A stretch of DNA of 64,000 bases, from NCBI GenBank assembly GCA_905479295.1, contig CAJQLY010000002.1, positions 7,812-71,811 of the forward strand, written 5' to 3'. A model generated the notes under the pieces. It searched no databases. It had not been told where the DNA came from and saw only the letters and a program-made list of their open reading frames with translations. The stretch comes from an uncultured Gammaproteobacteria bacterium (GTDB taxonomy: Bacteria; Pseudomonadota; Gammaproteobacteria; UBA4575). Position numbers and translations under genes: made by a program. Shown here piece by piece: positions 1 to 9,374 of the stretch. The first letter of the stretch is position 1. The number at the start of each line of letters is the position of its first letter.

Positions 1-249
1 ACTCGGTAGCTGAATGCGTGGCCGCCGTAATAGACCGACACGTTGTTGCCAATAGGTGTAGTGTTGTTTTGGATAGGCATAGACTGCCTTGTCTAAACCA
101 CCATGCACGCTTAAGTCAGCCTGTTGATCGTCAACTAGGTTTTCCTTATTCAGGCGTATAAGACCCTGTGCAGGCTGCTTTGAAATGGCTGAGAGTATCT
201 CGTCCTGAAAGGCCTTAGGTTTGCCTACATGGATGCTTTCGATCTTCAT
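1..249 (-). CDS. MOSC-domain protein (YiiM-like), 5' part; runs off window start
   Basis: Manual translation from ATG at 249: MKIESIHVGKPKAF...SAISKQP...DQQADLSVHGGLDKAVYAYPKQHYTYW, matching the YiiM/MOSC N-terminal motif DxQADxxxHGGxDKAV. Not in the ORF track. Confidence 0.85.
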   Translation of the reverse strand, partial: MKIESIHVGKPKAFQDEILSAISKQPAQGLIRLNKENLVDDQQADLSVHGGLDKAVYAYPKQHYTYWQQRVGLLRRPRIQLPS

Positions 250-288
250 GCAAAGGGTACTTTATAATTGAAATTACTGAATATAATC

Positions 289-1253
289 TTAGCTGGTGCT
301 GGCTGAAATGTATAAGGCTAAAGAAGGTTTGTAGGTGCTTTGTATATTGCAGCATAATTCAGTAACACTCGCATTAATGCTCTTTGCCAACAGATTGAAT
401 TCCTGTTGCCGAGAGCTTGATTTGCGCCAGGCTAATACGATATCACGATGTGCGCTATCCGCTAGGCGTTGTGTTTTAATCGCAGTGCCTTGCAGTATGC
501 CGCTATCCACTGCGAGTTCAGGAATAAAACTGATACCTAGGTCACCATCCACCATCTTGACGAGGCTATATAAGTCACTAGCTGAATACCGTTGTGTTGG
601 ATTTTTTTGTGCGATGTTACAGGTGCTAATGACATGATTTTGTAGGCAATGTCCGTCTTCTAAAAGTAAGACATGTTGTTCATTGAGATGGTCTATATCG
701 AAATTATGAGGTGTAATAAACCGTGTCTCTTGATGATAGGCAAGATAAAAGCGATCTTTAAATAAAGGTAATATTTCTACATTATTAAGCTCCATCGGCA
801 GTGCTAAAATCAATAGGTCTAATTCACCGTCTAATAAAGAGCTATGAATAATGTCGGTTTTCCCCTCTTTGATATAAAGGTCAAGCTTGGGGAATTGGGC
901 ATGTATGTCCTTGAGTATATGGGGTAATAGGAAAGGGGGCGACAGTTGGAATAATGCCTACTTTCAATGTACCGGATAAAACTTCTTGGAAATTTCTGCT
1001 GATATCCATCAGCGCTTCAACATCAAATAGTGCAAGTCGCGCCTGAGAAGCAATACTGGAGCCTAGGCTGGTGAATACAGTACTGCGCGACTAGTTTTAT
1101 CGACTAGTGAGGCCTTGAGTAAAGATTCTAAATCTTTATTGCAAGACTGAATGCTGACTGAGATACATGACATGACTGAGCGGCATGTCCAAAGTGTAGA
1201 TGCCGTTCTAGAGCGATCAAATATCTTAACTGCTTGAGTGTAGGGTAAGCCAA
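289..1253 (-). pseudogene. oxyR: OxyR-type LysR regulator broken by ~3 frameshifts (pseudogene or sequencing errors)
   Basis: TTG at 1253 gives a LysR HTH (AYPTLKQLRYLIALERHLHFGHAAQSCHVSQSAFSLAIK). The frame breaks near 1135, 1080 and 935. The C-terminal ORF 289..813 has LEDGHCLQNHVISTC with both OxyR redox cysteines. Confidence 0.85.
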
Positions 1254-1338
1254 TGCATAATCATCTAAATAGTTAATTTTATGCATTTATATCAATAGTG
1301 ATTAATAATTGCTATGGCATTTATACCTAAATAGGTAT

Positions 1339-1713
1339 CTATTTTGTTTTTTGTAGTATTAGTGACGTTATAAGTACCACCATCGAAGAAAGGCCGATAT
1401 AGGCCCATAGGGTATCCAGTAATAGCATGGATAGACCGAGAGAAAGCCAAATAAACAGAATGACTTTATAAGCGGTTAAGGTGGGTAGTCGCGCATTATT
1501 CTGGAATGTGTTGATAATGGGGCCAAAGTTAGGGTGTTGTAACAACCAGTGATGAAACCGGGGTGAGGACTTAGCAAAACAAGTGGCTGTCAGTAATATG
1601 AAGGGTGTGGTCGGTAGTAGTGGCAGGACGACGCCTGCTATACCCAAAGCTAACGAAATGAAGCCTATGATAATTAATAGGCCACGCTTGGTTTGAGTGC
1701 CTAGATGTCTCAT
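1339..1713 (-). CDS. ybaN: YbaN/DUF454 inner-membrane protein
   Basis: LPLLPTTPFILL...CFAKSSPRFHHWLL..HP.FGP signature. Confidence 0.9.
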   Translation of the reverse strand: MRHLGTQTKRGLLIIIGFISLALGIAGVVLPLLPTTPFILLTATCFAKSSPRFHHWLLQHPNFGPIINTFQNNARLPTLTAYKVILFIWLSLGLSMLLLDTLWAYIGLSSMVVLITSLILQKTK

Positions 1714-1751
1714 TGATGCTGATCATCATGATTCATTGTAGAGCCAATAAT

Positions 1752-2060
1752 TTATTGACTTTCAGCTGTAACAACAAGGTTATGCTGTTCTAGGCCACCC
1801 TGCTGGCTGAAGGCTTCTTCAGGCATAGGGTTTTTATGGGCAAGTTTGAAATCATCACTGCCAACCCAGTTGCGGAAAGCAACCTCATCTTCCCATTCAG
1901 TTAATACAATATAAGGTGCATTTTTACTGAGAGGGCGTAAGACCTGCATGCGGACAAAACCAGACTGTTGCTCTATTTGGCCAGCCCGTACAGTGAAGCG
2001 CTGTTCGAATTCTTCTGCCCATTCGGGCTTTACGTATACTCTATTACTGACAATATGCAT
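1752..2060 (-). CDS. Antibiotic biosynthesis monooxygenase (ABM) family protein, IsdG/HmoA-like putative heme-degrading enzyme
   Basis: SNRVYV..EEFEQRF...GFVRMQVLRP...TEWEDEVAFRNWVGSDDFKLAH, with IsdG-like Asn, Trp and His positions. Confidence 0.75.
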   Translation of the reverse strand: MHIVSNRVYVKPEWAEEFEQRFTVRAGQIEQQSGFVRMQVLRPLSKNAPYIVLTEWEDEVAFRNWVGSDDFKLAHKNPMPEEAFSQQGGLEQHNLVVTAESQ

Positions 2061-2239
2061 GACAACAGGTCTTATTGGTTAAGTTATAAGGGTGCTAGTG
2101 TGGCAAAGCTAAGCGATTAGCTCCAGCCCTTGTTTGGCCTGAGGGCTTGAAATAGACTGAAGCTGTGTAATTGATACAAAAACCCACATAATTTAGTTTT
2201 AGCTGACTTTAGCAGCTTACGAGTGACCTAAGAATCGAT

Positions 2240-5200
2240 ATGACTAGTCCACATCGCTCGCTACTGGCTAGCCGCCGCTTCCTGCCTTTGTTTTGCGTCC
2301 AATTTCTGGGTGCGTTTAACGACAATATCTTCCGCTTCGCCCTGTTAACACTAATTACCTATCAGTTTAGTCAGACTGAAGGCTTTGATCCAGCAAAGTT
2401 GACGATGTTGGCTGCTGGCTTATTTATTCTGCCTTTCTTCTTGTTTTCGGCGAGTGCGGGCCTGCTGGCAGATCGTTATTCAAAGACGCTATGTGTTCGC
2501 TATATCAAACTCTTTGAGCTACTTATTATGCTCCTTGCAGCCTTAGCGTTAAACCAGCAATGGTGGTATCTACTGTTCTTCTGTCTGGCCTTAACTGGTT
2601 TGCAGTCAGCATTGTTTGGGCCAGTAAAGTACGCCATTTTGCCGCAGCTGTTATCACGTCAGGAATTACTCTCTGGTAATGCTTGGGTGACCGCTGGCAC
2701 GTTTGTTTCGGTGCTCCTAGGGACTATGTTAGGTGGTCTGCTGATTATGGTCGAGAGTGGCCGTTTATGGGTTGCTGTTGCACTTTGTGCGGTGGCTTTG
2801 CTTGGTTATTTGGCAAGTCTCTTAATACCTCAAACACTACCAGGAAATAATAAAACAGCACTGTCATTCAACTTTATTGCGAGTACCGCACGAGTCATCA
2901 GGAGTGGTTTTTCAAATACTGAAATTCGTCCTGTGATGTTGGCAATTTCCTGCTTTTGGCTATTCGCCTATGTTATTCAGAGTCAATTGGCACCGATGTG
3001 CCTACAATTATTGGCCGCAGATGAAAGTGTGACGGTGCTATTTTTAATCCTATTTACACTAGGCATCGCTACTGGCTGCCTGCTGTGTGGTCGACTGTTG
3101 AGAGGCAAGATCAGCCTACGTTGGGTGCCATTGGCAGCAATTGCCATGTCCTTATTTTGTTTCGATCTCTATCTTTTTGTCAGTAGCCATGAAAAAACGA
3201 CAGGCCCTCTATTAGCATGGCGCTATGTTCTTGCTGAGCCACACTATTGGCGTCTCATTTTAGATATTTTTCTGGTTGCATTAGCCGCTGGATTTTATAT
3301 TGTGCCGTTGTATAGCTATCTGCAACAGAGTGTCGATGAGGGTATGCGTGCGCAGGTGATCGCAGCGAATAATATTCTCAATGCCTTGTTTATGGTGGCA
3401 GCATCAATCATGGTCATCGCGGCACTATCCAGTGGTTTTGATCTAGCTGATATTTTTTTCTTTCTGGCCTTGTTTAATTTGAGTGGCGTGTTTTTCATGA
3501 TTAAAAATATACGAGACTTCTTGACTCACTTAGACCGTCTATTGTTACGCCTATTCTTCCGTTTTGAAGTGCGTGGTTTAGAGCACTATCCGAAAGATAA
3601 TACACCAACCGTTATCGTTGCTAACCATGTGTCGTTTTTAGATGGCCCCTTATTGGTAGCGGCATTGCCTGAGTTACCAATTTTTGCGATTAATCGGGAG
3701 GTGAATCAAAAATGGTGGGCGAGTATTTTCACCCGTTTTTATGAGATGTTCCCATTAGATTCAGCTAAGCCTATGGCAGTTAAGAGTCTGATCAAAATGC
3801 TACGTCAGGGACGTAAAGTTGTAATCTTCCCAGAGGGACGAATCAGTAATACAGGTCATTTGATGAAGCTCTATGATGGACCGGGTAAGATTGCAGATAT
3901 TGCTGGTGCACAGTTATTGCCAGTACGTATTGATGGTGCACAATATACGTCCTTCAGCCGTCTACATGGGGTGAAAAAGTTACGCTGGTTTACCAAAGTG
4001 ACAGTGACCATTTGTAAACCGCAGGCCTTAAATATGGCAGCTGAATTACATGGCAAGGCACGGGTGGCAAGCTTGCGTGATCGTGTCTATCAGGTAATGA
4101 CTGAGATGATGTTGCAAACCTCAGTACCTAAACAAACATTATTTCAAAGCCTACAAGCCTCGTTACGCTGTAATGGTCGTAGTTACACGATTCTGGAGGA
4201 TATTAACCGTCAGAGCATTACCCTGGGTAAGACACAGTTAGCGAGTTTGGTTTTGGCAAATGCCTTGCGTCCAATGCTACAGGCTAAACAACCTGTGGGT
4301 GTTCTGTTGCCAAACACTATTCCTACAGCTATCTGCTTTTATGCACTGCAGTCACAGGGAAGAGTGGCGGCTATGCTCAATTTTTCAGTTGGACGTGCTG
4401 CCTTGCGTGCCGCTATAGAAACCGCTGAAATTAAACAGGTGATTAGCTCACGCCGATTTATTGAGTTGGCTGAGTTGGGTGAGTTGATAGCTGAGATTGA
4501 AGACTTGGTTGATATCATTTACTTAGAAGATGTTAAGGCTGTCATTAGTTTGCAGGATAAATTAGCTGCGTTGTTTACTGTTGCCACAGGCTTTGGTCTA
4601 CAATGTGATCAAGGTGATTGTCATGATCCTGCAGTTATCTTATTTACTTCGGGTTCAGAAGGCATGCCAAAGGCCGTTGTCTTAAGTCATCATAACTTGC
4701 TGTCGAACCAGGCACAGGTGAATACGGTGATGGATTTTGTGCCACAGGATTGTTTTTTTAATGCCTTACCGTTATTCCACTCTTTTGGTCTGGGGGTTGG
4801 TTTGATTCTGCCGGTTGCTAGTGGCATTCGTACATTCCTTTACCCAACACCACTACATTTCAAGCAGATTCCTGACATGGTTTATGATATAGGTGCTAGT
4901 GTCATCTTTGGCACCGATACCTTCTTATCTGGCTATGCTAGACATGCTACAGCGCAGGATTTCAAATCACTTCGTTATGTTATTGCTGGTGCAGAAAAGC
5001 TTAAGGCAAGCACACGTGAGTTGTGGCTGAAAAAATATGGTAAACGCATTCATGAGGGTTATGGTTTAACTGAAACCTCTCCAGCATTGAGCATCAATAC
5101 GGATGCCTATGGTAAAGAAGGTAGTGTGGGTAAGTTATTACCAGGGATAGAGCATCGCTTAGAAAAAGTCGAAGGTATTGAACAGGGACGTAGGCTCTGG

Positions 5201-5653
5201 GTACGAGGTGCCAATGTTATGTTGGGTTATATGAAACACCAATGTCCGGGAGTGCTACAAGCGCCTGAAGATGGCTGGCATGATAGTGGTGATATTGTAT
5301 CAATTGATACAGATGGCTTTTTGCACATTGTGGGCCGTGCAAAACGCTTTGCTAAAATAGGTGGGGAAATGGTTTCTTTGGCGCAGCTAGAACAGTGGCT
5401 GGCAGCCGAGCTACCTGAGGCTGATCACTGTCTGGTTGCAGTTGAAGATGAACGCAAAGGTGAGAGGTTGGTGCTGCTAACGACCCACGTTGGATTGCAA
5501 CGTCAGCAGTTGCAAAAGATTATCCAAGCGTTTGGTGGCTCTGAGTTAATGTTGCCACGGACAATACTCTACAGAGATGTATTGCCTCTACTCGGTAGTG
5601 GTAAGTTTGATTATGCGACGATGCAGCAGATTGCTCAGCAGGTATCAGACTAA
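2240..5653 (+). CDS. aas: Fused MFS lysophospholipid transporter / acyltransferase / acyl-ACP synthetase (LplT-Aas fusion)
   Basis: N-terminal MFS (FLGAFNDN, ADRYSK), PlsC motifs NHVSFLD and FPEG, AMP-binding motifs FTSGSEGMPK and EGYGLTE. Confidence 0.92.
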   Translation: MTSPHRSLLASRRFLPLFCVQFLGAFNDNIFRFALLTLITYQFSQTEGFDPAKLTMLAAGLFILPFFLFSASAGLLADRYSKTLCVRYIKLFELLIMLLAALALNQQWWYLLFFCLALTGLQSALFGPVKYAILPQLLSRQELLSGNAWVTAGTFVSVLLGTMLGGLLIMVESGRLWVAVALCAVALLGYLASLLIPQTLPGNNKTALSFNFIASTARVIRSGFSNTEIRPVMLAISCFWLFAYVIQSQLAPMCLQLLAADESVTVLFLILFTLGIATGCLLCGRLLRGKISLRWVPLAAIAMSLFCFDLYLFVSSHEKTTGPLLAWRYVLAEPHYWRLILDIFLVALAAGFYIVPLYSYLQQSVDEGMRAQVIAANNILNALFMVAASIMVIAALSSGFDLADIFFFLALFNLSGVFFMIKNIRDFLTHLDRLLLRLFFRFEVRGLEHYPKDNTPTVIVANHVSFLDGPLLVAALPELPIFAINREVNQKWWASIFTRFYEMFPLDSAKPMAVKSLIKMLRQGRKVVIFPEGRISNTGHLMKLYDGPGKIADIAGAQLLPVRIDGAQYTSFSRLHGVKKLRWFTKVTVTICKPQALNMAAELHGKARVASLRDRVYQVMTEMMLQTSVPKQTLFQSLQASLRCNGRSYTILEDINRQSITLGKTQLASLVLANALRPMLQAKQPVGVLLPNTIPTAICFYALQSQGRVAAMLNFSVGRAALRAAIETAEIKQVISSRRFIELAELGELIAEIEDLVDIIYLEDVKAVISLQDKLAALFTVATGFGLQCDQGDCHDPAVILFTSGSEGMPKAVVLSHHNLLSNQAQVNTVMDFVPQDCFFNALPLFHSFGLGVGLILPVASGIRTFLYPTPLHFKQIPDMVYDIGASVIFGTDTFLSGYARHATAQDFKSLRYVIAGAEKLKASTRELWLKKYGKRIHEGYGLTETSPALSINTDAYGKEGSVGKLLPGIEHRLEKVEGIEQGRRLWVRGANVMLGYMKHQCPGVLQAPEDGWHDSGDIVSIDTDGFLHIVGRAKRFAKIGGEMVSLAQLEQWLAAELPEADHCLVAVEDERKGERLVLLTTHVGLQRQQLQKIIQAFGGSELMLPRTILYRDVLPLLGSGKFDYATMQQIAQQVSD

Positions 5654-5667
5654 GTCTATTACTTGGC

Positions 5668-6486
5668 CTACTGTTCGAGTAACTTTTGCCAAGCGATACT
5701 GCTATCAGCAAAGACCAGGAAGCCTGGGTTTAAAAGTGATTCTTTATTGTACTGCAAGGGTTCTAATTGCAGATTAGTGAGGAAGCCACCGGCTTCTTCA
5801 ACGATGCTTTGAGCGGCTGCAGTGTCCCATTCCCAAGTGGGGCCAAAGCGTGGGTAGAGATCAATGCTACCCTCTGCAACGAGGCAGGACTTGAGTGAGC
5901 TGCCTCTTCTAAGCATTTCTTGCCCACCAAGACGTTGTATAAAATTGATCAATTTCTCACTCTGGGTTGAGCGACCACCACAAATCCGCATCGGCTGTTG
6001 TGCTTGTGTGGCAACCTGAATTGGCTGAGGTGCTTGCTGCCCGATTTGCTTGCTTGCCCCTAGGCCGCTAGCTGCCGCATAGAGTACTTTATCAGCAGGT
6101 AGATAGATGACGCCTAGGATAGGTTTTTGTTGATCGATGAGAGCGATGTTTACGGTGAAATCAGGTCGGTCATTAATAAATTCACGGGTGCCATCGAGTG
6201 GATCAACCAACCAGAATGGCCCCCATTGTTTACGCTCCGCAAAATCATATAACTCGGACTCTTCCGATAAGATGGGTAGTTGTGGTGAAATTTTGTCTAG
6301 GCCTTGTTGAATGGTTTGATTGGCGGCCAGATCAGCAGAGGTGACTGGTGATTTATCTTCTTTGCGGAAGACTTCATACCCTGAGCGATAGTATTGGAGT
6401 ATGGCTTCACCTGCTTGCCTAGCAATTTCGCTAGTTGCCTGTAGTAAGTGGCTTAAATCGTTAGCATCAAAATTTGTTTTTGCCAT
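5668..6486 (-). CDS. cysQ: 3'(2'),5'-bisphosphate nucleotidase CysQ
   Basis: SPVTSADL, LSEES, WLVDPLDGTREF, GSSLK, EWDTAAAQ. Confidence 0.95.
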   Translation of the reverse strand: MAKTNFDANDLSHLLQATSEIARQAGEAILQYYRSGYEVFRKEDKSPVTSADLAANQTIQQGLDKISPQLPILSEESELYDFAERKQWGPFWLVDPLDGTREFINDRPDFTVNIALIDQQKPILGVIYLPADKVLYAAASGLGASKQIGQQAPQPIQVATQAQQPMRICGGRSTQSEKLINFIQRLGGQEMLRRGSSLKSCLVAEGSIDLYPRFGPTWEWDTAAAQSIVEEAGGFLTNLQLEPLQYNKESLLNPGFLVFADSSIAWQKLLEQ

Positions 6487-6616
6487 GGTTAGCTACTACC
6501 CCATACTCTGTTGTGGCTGGATAGATGTTGCTATGGTCTTATGTAGCGGCATGGACACTATCTCGGGCAGCGAAAATGAATAACCTAATTGTAGCTTATG
6601 GAGAAGCTGAGCGCTG

Positions 6617-7291
6617 ATGAATTCTTTCTTAGATTGGCAGAATATTGATACAGTTCTATTGGATATGGATGGGACTTTAATGGATCTGGGTTTTGATAAT
6701 TTCTTTTGGCATGAGTTTTTACCAGCACGCTATGCACAATTACATGGACTCGCTTTGGAACCGGTGAAGGCCGATCTAATTGCTCGTTATCGGGCAAAGA
6801 GTGGTAGCTTGCAGTTTTACTGTACGGATTACTGGAGTGCAGAATTAGGTCTAGATATAGTCAGTATGAAGCATGAAGTGGATGAGCATATTCAACTGTT
6901 CCCACTAGTTACTGATTTTTTGATGTGGTTACGGGATAGTGATAGGCGAGTAGTGCTGTGTACTAATGCACATCTGGATATTGTTGAGATCAAAATGGCT
7001 AAGACCGGTATCTCCCATCACTTTGATCGCATTATTTCCTCTCACAGCTATGGCCACGCAAAAGAATCACAGCAGTTTTGGGAGCACTTACAGCAGGATG
7101 AAAAGCCTAACTTAGAGCGTACGTTGCTAGTGGATGATAATGTTCATGTGCTATCTGCAGCAGAACAATATGGGGTGGCTCATTTGATTAGTATTTGGCG
7201 ACCAGATAGTACTGAGCCAATACAAGATACGGCCGGCTTTGCTGCGATTAACGATTTTGCTGACCTAGTGCCCGAGTTGCGTGAAGTTTAG
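6617..7291 (+). CDS. yrfG: GMP/IMP nucleotidase (HAD)
   Basis: IDTVLLDMDGTLMDLGFDNFFW; C.DYWS..LGLD. Confidence 0.92.
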   Translation: MNSFLDWQNIDTVLLDMDGTLMDLGFDNFFWHEFLPARYAQLHGLALEPVKADLIARYRAKSGSLQFYCTDYWSAELGLDIVSMKHEVDEHIQLFPLVTDFLMWLRDSDRRVVLCTNAHLDIVEIKMAKTGISHHFDRIISSHSYGHAKESQQFWEHLQQDEKPNLERTLLVDDNVHVLSAAEQYGVAHLISIWRPDSTEPIQDTAGFAAINDFADLVPELREV

Positions 7292-7713
7292 CCACGCTGC
7301 CATGTTTTGAAGCGTTTCTTGCAGTAGGTTAAAAGTTCATCATAGTTGCGGAAATAGAGGTCAAAGCCCTCGCTAGGAGCGGCATCAAACTCACAGTAGT
7401 CATTGTCGTAGCTACGGCAGATTTCAGGTCTGGTCTCATAAATGCCACAGCGTCCATCGCCTTGTATATGCTCACAGCGTGCCGCAATGAGTAAATACCA
7501 GCCGTCTTCATCTTTATAAATCTCAATATTTTTATGTGAGATTTGCCACAGTAAGTGTTCAAACTCAGATTTTTTTCTTGGTGTGTCGATCAGTTGCGTA
7601 ATATAGGTGCAGCAAATCGTATTGGTGCAAAAGCCACACTTATTTTCAGCAGTTATTTTAATGCTGGGGTCTAAAGATTTTTTGATGTCGGCAAAGCGAA
7701 CAACGCTAGTCAT
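7288..7713 (-). CDS. YkgJ-family cysteine-cluster (Fe-S/Zn-chelating) protein
   Basis: CGFCTNTICC...C...CGIYETRPEICRSY pattern. Start moved to ATG 7713 to avoid overlapping the upstream gene. Confidence 0.85.
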   Translation of the reverse strand: MTSVVRFADIKKSLDPSIKITAENKCGFCTNTICCTYITQLIDTPRKKSEFEHLLWQISHKNIEIYKDEDGWYLLIAARCEHIQGDGRCGIYETRPEICRSYDNDYCEFDAAPSEGFDLYFRNYDELLTYCKKRFKTWQRG

Positions 7714-7724
7714 GAGGGTTATTC

Positions 7725-8111
7725 CTATGAGCCGGATTGGTCCCAAGCATAAGCACAGTCTAGTTCAGAGCGAACCTGCTTTAGACCGTCTACATCGACT
7801 ACGATTAGCTCAATTGGACGCTTATTTTGGAATCGCCGGTGTGGCGTATGTAACCAACGTGAGCCCATATAGGCATTACGCGGGAAGGTGGTGCGTAGTG
7901 CTTCTGCAATGCCAGCGATATGCTCGATGCGCACAGCAGTTTGCTCACCTTTAGGAAAGGGATCACCTTTTCTAAACTTATCTAAATGACGTAGGCGTAC
8001 TTTACTGGGTAGATCTAAAACATGCAGGATTTGATTCCCATCTAAACCCCATTCATCTAACAGGCGCATAACATTGCTTGCGATTGCGCTCTCTACATCG
8101 GCTTCGTTCAT
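7725..8111 (-). CDS. Xre/MbcA/ParS antitoxin-like (DUF2384) domain protein
   Basis: N-terminal WGL..QILHVL helices and C-terminal WLHTPHRRFQNKRPIELI...GLKQVRSELD motif. Confidence 0.7.
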   Translation of the reverse strand: MNEADVESAIASNVMRLLDEWGLDGNQILHVLDLPSKVRLRHLDKFRKGDPFPKGEQTAVRIEHIAGIAEALRTTFPRNAYMGSRWLHTPHRRFQNKRPIELIVVDVDGLKQVRSELDCAYAWDQSGS

Positions 8112-8124
8112 GATTGTTTAGTAT

Positions 8125-8445
8125 CTAGTGCTTAGGGTCTTTATCACTAGGACCTTTACTGATAGATTTTTTCAGCGAATCCATTGACACTACTGTCGTA
8201 GTCTTCGGCTCATCAGCGTAACGTGGCTGAAGAAGCTCTAAGTCGATGCCTAGCTCCTCTGATAACTCGCGTTCACGTGCAGAGATCAGGCCAAAACATT
8301 GGCGGATGTCTTCTATCGTTGTCTCGCTAAGGACATTACGCATACCAGGGCCACTAGGTGCGGTATCCTTTACAATGGCCGCAAGTACTTTACGCATAGT
8401 AAGCAAGATTCGTTGTTCTTTACTGGGTTTTTTGTCGTCTGTCAT
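8125..8445 (-). CDS. Hypothetical small helical protein
   Basis: 106-aa ORF, first gene of a tight 3-gene unit; no recognisable catalytic motif. Confidence 0.75.
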   Translation of the reverse strand: MTDDKKPSKEQRILLTMRKVLAAIVKDTAPSGPGMRNVLSETTIEDIRQCFGLISARERELSEELGIDLELLQPRYADEPKTTTVVSMDSLKKSISKGPSDKDPKH

Positions 8446-8574
8446 GTCTACAGATATCTATTGAGTTTGTTGTTTTCTTGAGGTTTTCAGTGTTCAAGCA
8501 TAGCATGCCTCTAAGTCGATCGCGTAGGGCTGTAAAGGGTGATTATATTGAATACTCAAAAAGAGGATTTGTTT

Positions 8575-8886
8575 ATGGCTGATACTAGGATTAAGTTTTC
8601 TCCAGGTGATATCGTTAAACACGAAAAATTTCACTATCGTGGGGTTATCTTTGATGTTGACCTTATATTTGAGGGGAGTGAGGAGTGGTATGAGCAGGTT
8701 GCACTATCACGCCCGCTGAAAGATGCGCCTTGGTACCATGTATTAGTCGATGGATCGAAGGAAGTCACTTATGTGGCAGAACGGCATATAGCTTTATCAG
8801 ATGATTTCAGTGGGATTAATCATCCTTTGGTTAAAGAATTATTTATCGGCCTAGTTGGCCAACATTATCAGGTATATCAACAATAA
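8575..8886 (+). CDS. hspQ: Heat shock protein HspQ (hemimethylated-DNA-binding YccV family)
   Basis: KFSPGDIVKH..F.YRGVIFDVD..F...EEWY...PWYHVLVD...TYVAE; RBS GAGG before ATG 8575. Confidence 0.92.
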   Translation: MADTRIKFSPGDIVKHEKFHYRGVIFDVDLIFEGSEEWYEQVALSRPLKDAPWYHVLVDGSKEVTYVAERHIALSDDFSGINHPLVKELFIGLVGQHYQVYQQ

Positions 8887-8891
8887 CTATT

Positions 8892-9359
8892 ATGTTTAAA
8901 AAAATTGAACAGTGGCTCAGTAGCACACTTAAAAAGAAGGTCGAGGAAGACGATAAACGCACCACGGATTTAGCAGCAGCGATGCTTATGTTGGAAATTA
9001 GCCGTGCTGATTTAAAGATTGTCGACAGTGAAAAACAGGCGATAGTGAAAAATTTAGTCACTCAGTTTGATTTATCAGATGAAGAGGCTATTGCCTTGCT
9101 AGAACATGCAATGTCAGATCAGGATCAGCAACTTTCAGCACATCCGTTGATACGTATGATCAATGATGAGATGGATATTGAAGCTAGACGAGAATTAATG
9201 CGAGGGATGTGGCGAGTTGCTTATGCGGATGGAGAGCTTGAAAAGCATGAGGAATATCATCTTCGTAAAACTGCCGATTGGCTCTATCTCTCGCATACTG
9301 ACTTTATGAAAAGTAAGCATGCAGTGATGGACGAGTTAGATATTCCCCATGAAGTCTGA
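8892..9359 (+). CDS. TerB-family protein
   Basis: LAAAMLMLEISRAD...MWRVAYADGELEKHEE.HLRK.A..L. Confidence 0.85.
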   Translation: MFKKIEQWLSSTLKKKVEEDDKRTTDLAAAMLMLEISRADLKIVDSEKQAIVKNLVTQFDLSDEEAIALLEHAMSDQDQQLSAHPLIRMINDEMDIEARRELMRGMWRVAYADGELEKHEEYHLRKTADWLYLSHTDFMKSKHAVMDELDIPHEV

Positions 9360-9374
9360 GGCGTGAATAACGCC

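Noticed and set aside
1..45. Possible frameshift in the MOSC gene after YWQQ
   Set aside because: The sequence looks atypical there, but the window ends before the next conserved motif, so it cannot be judged.
8446..8574. Sigma32 promoter for hspQ
   Set aside because: CTTGAG is present but there is no CCCCAT-like -10 at the proper spacing.
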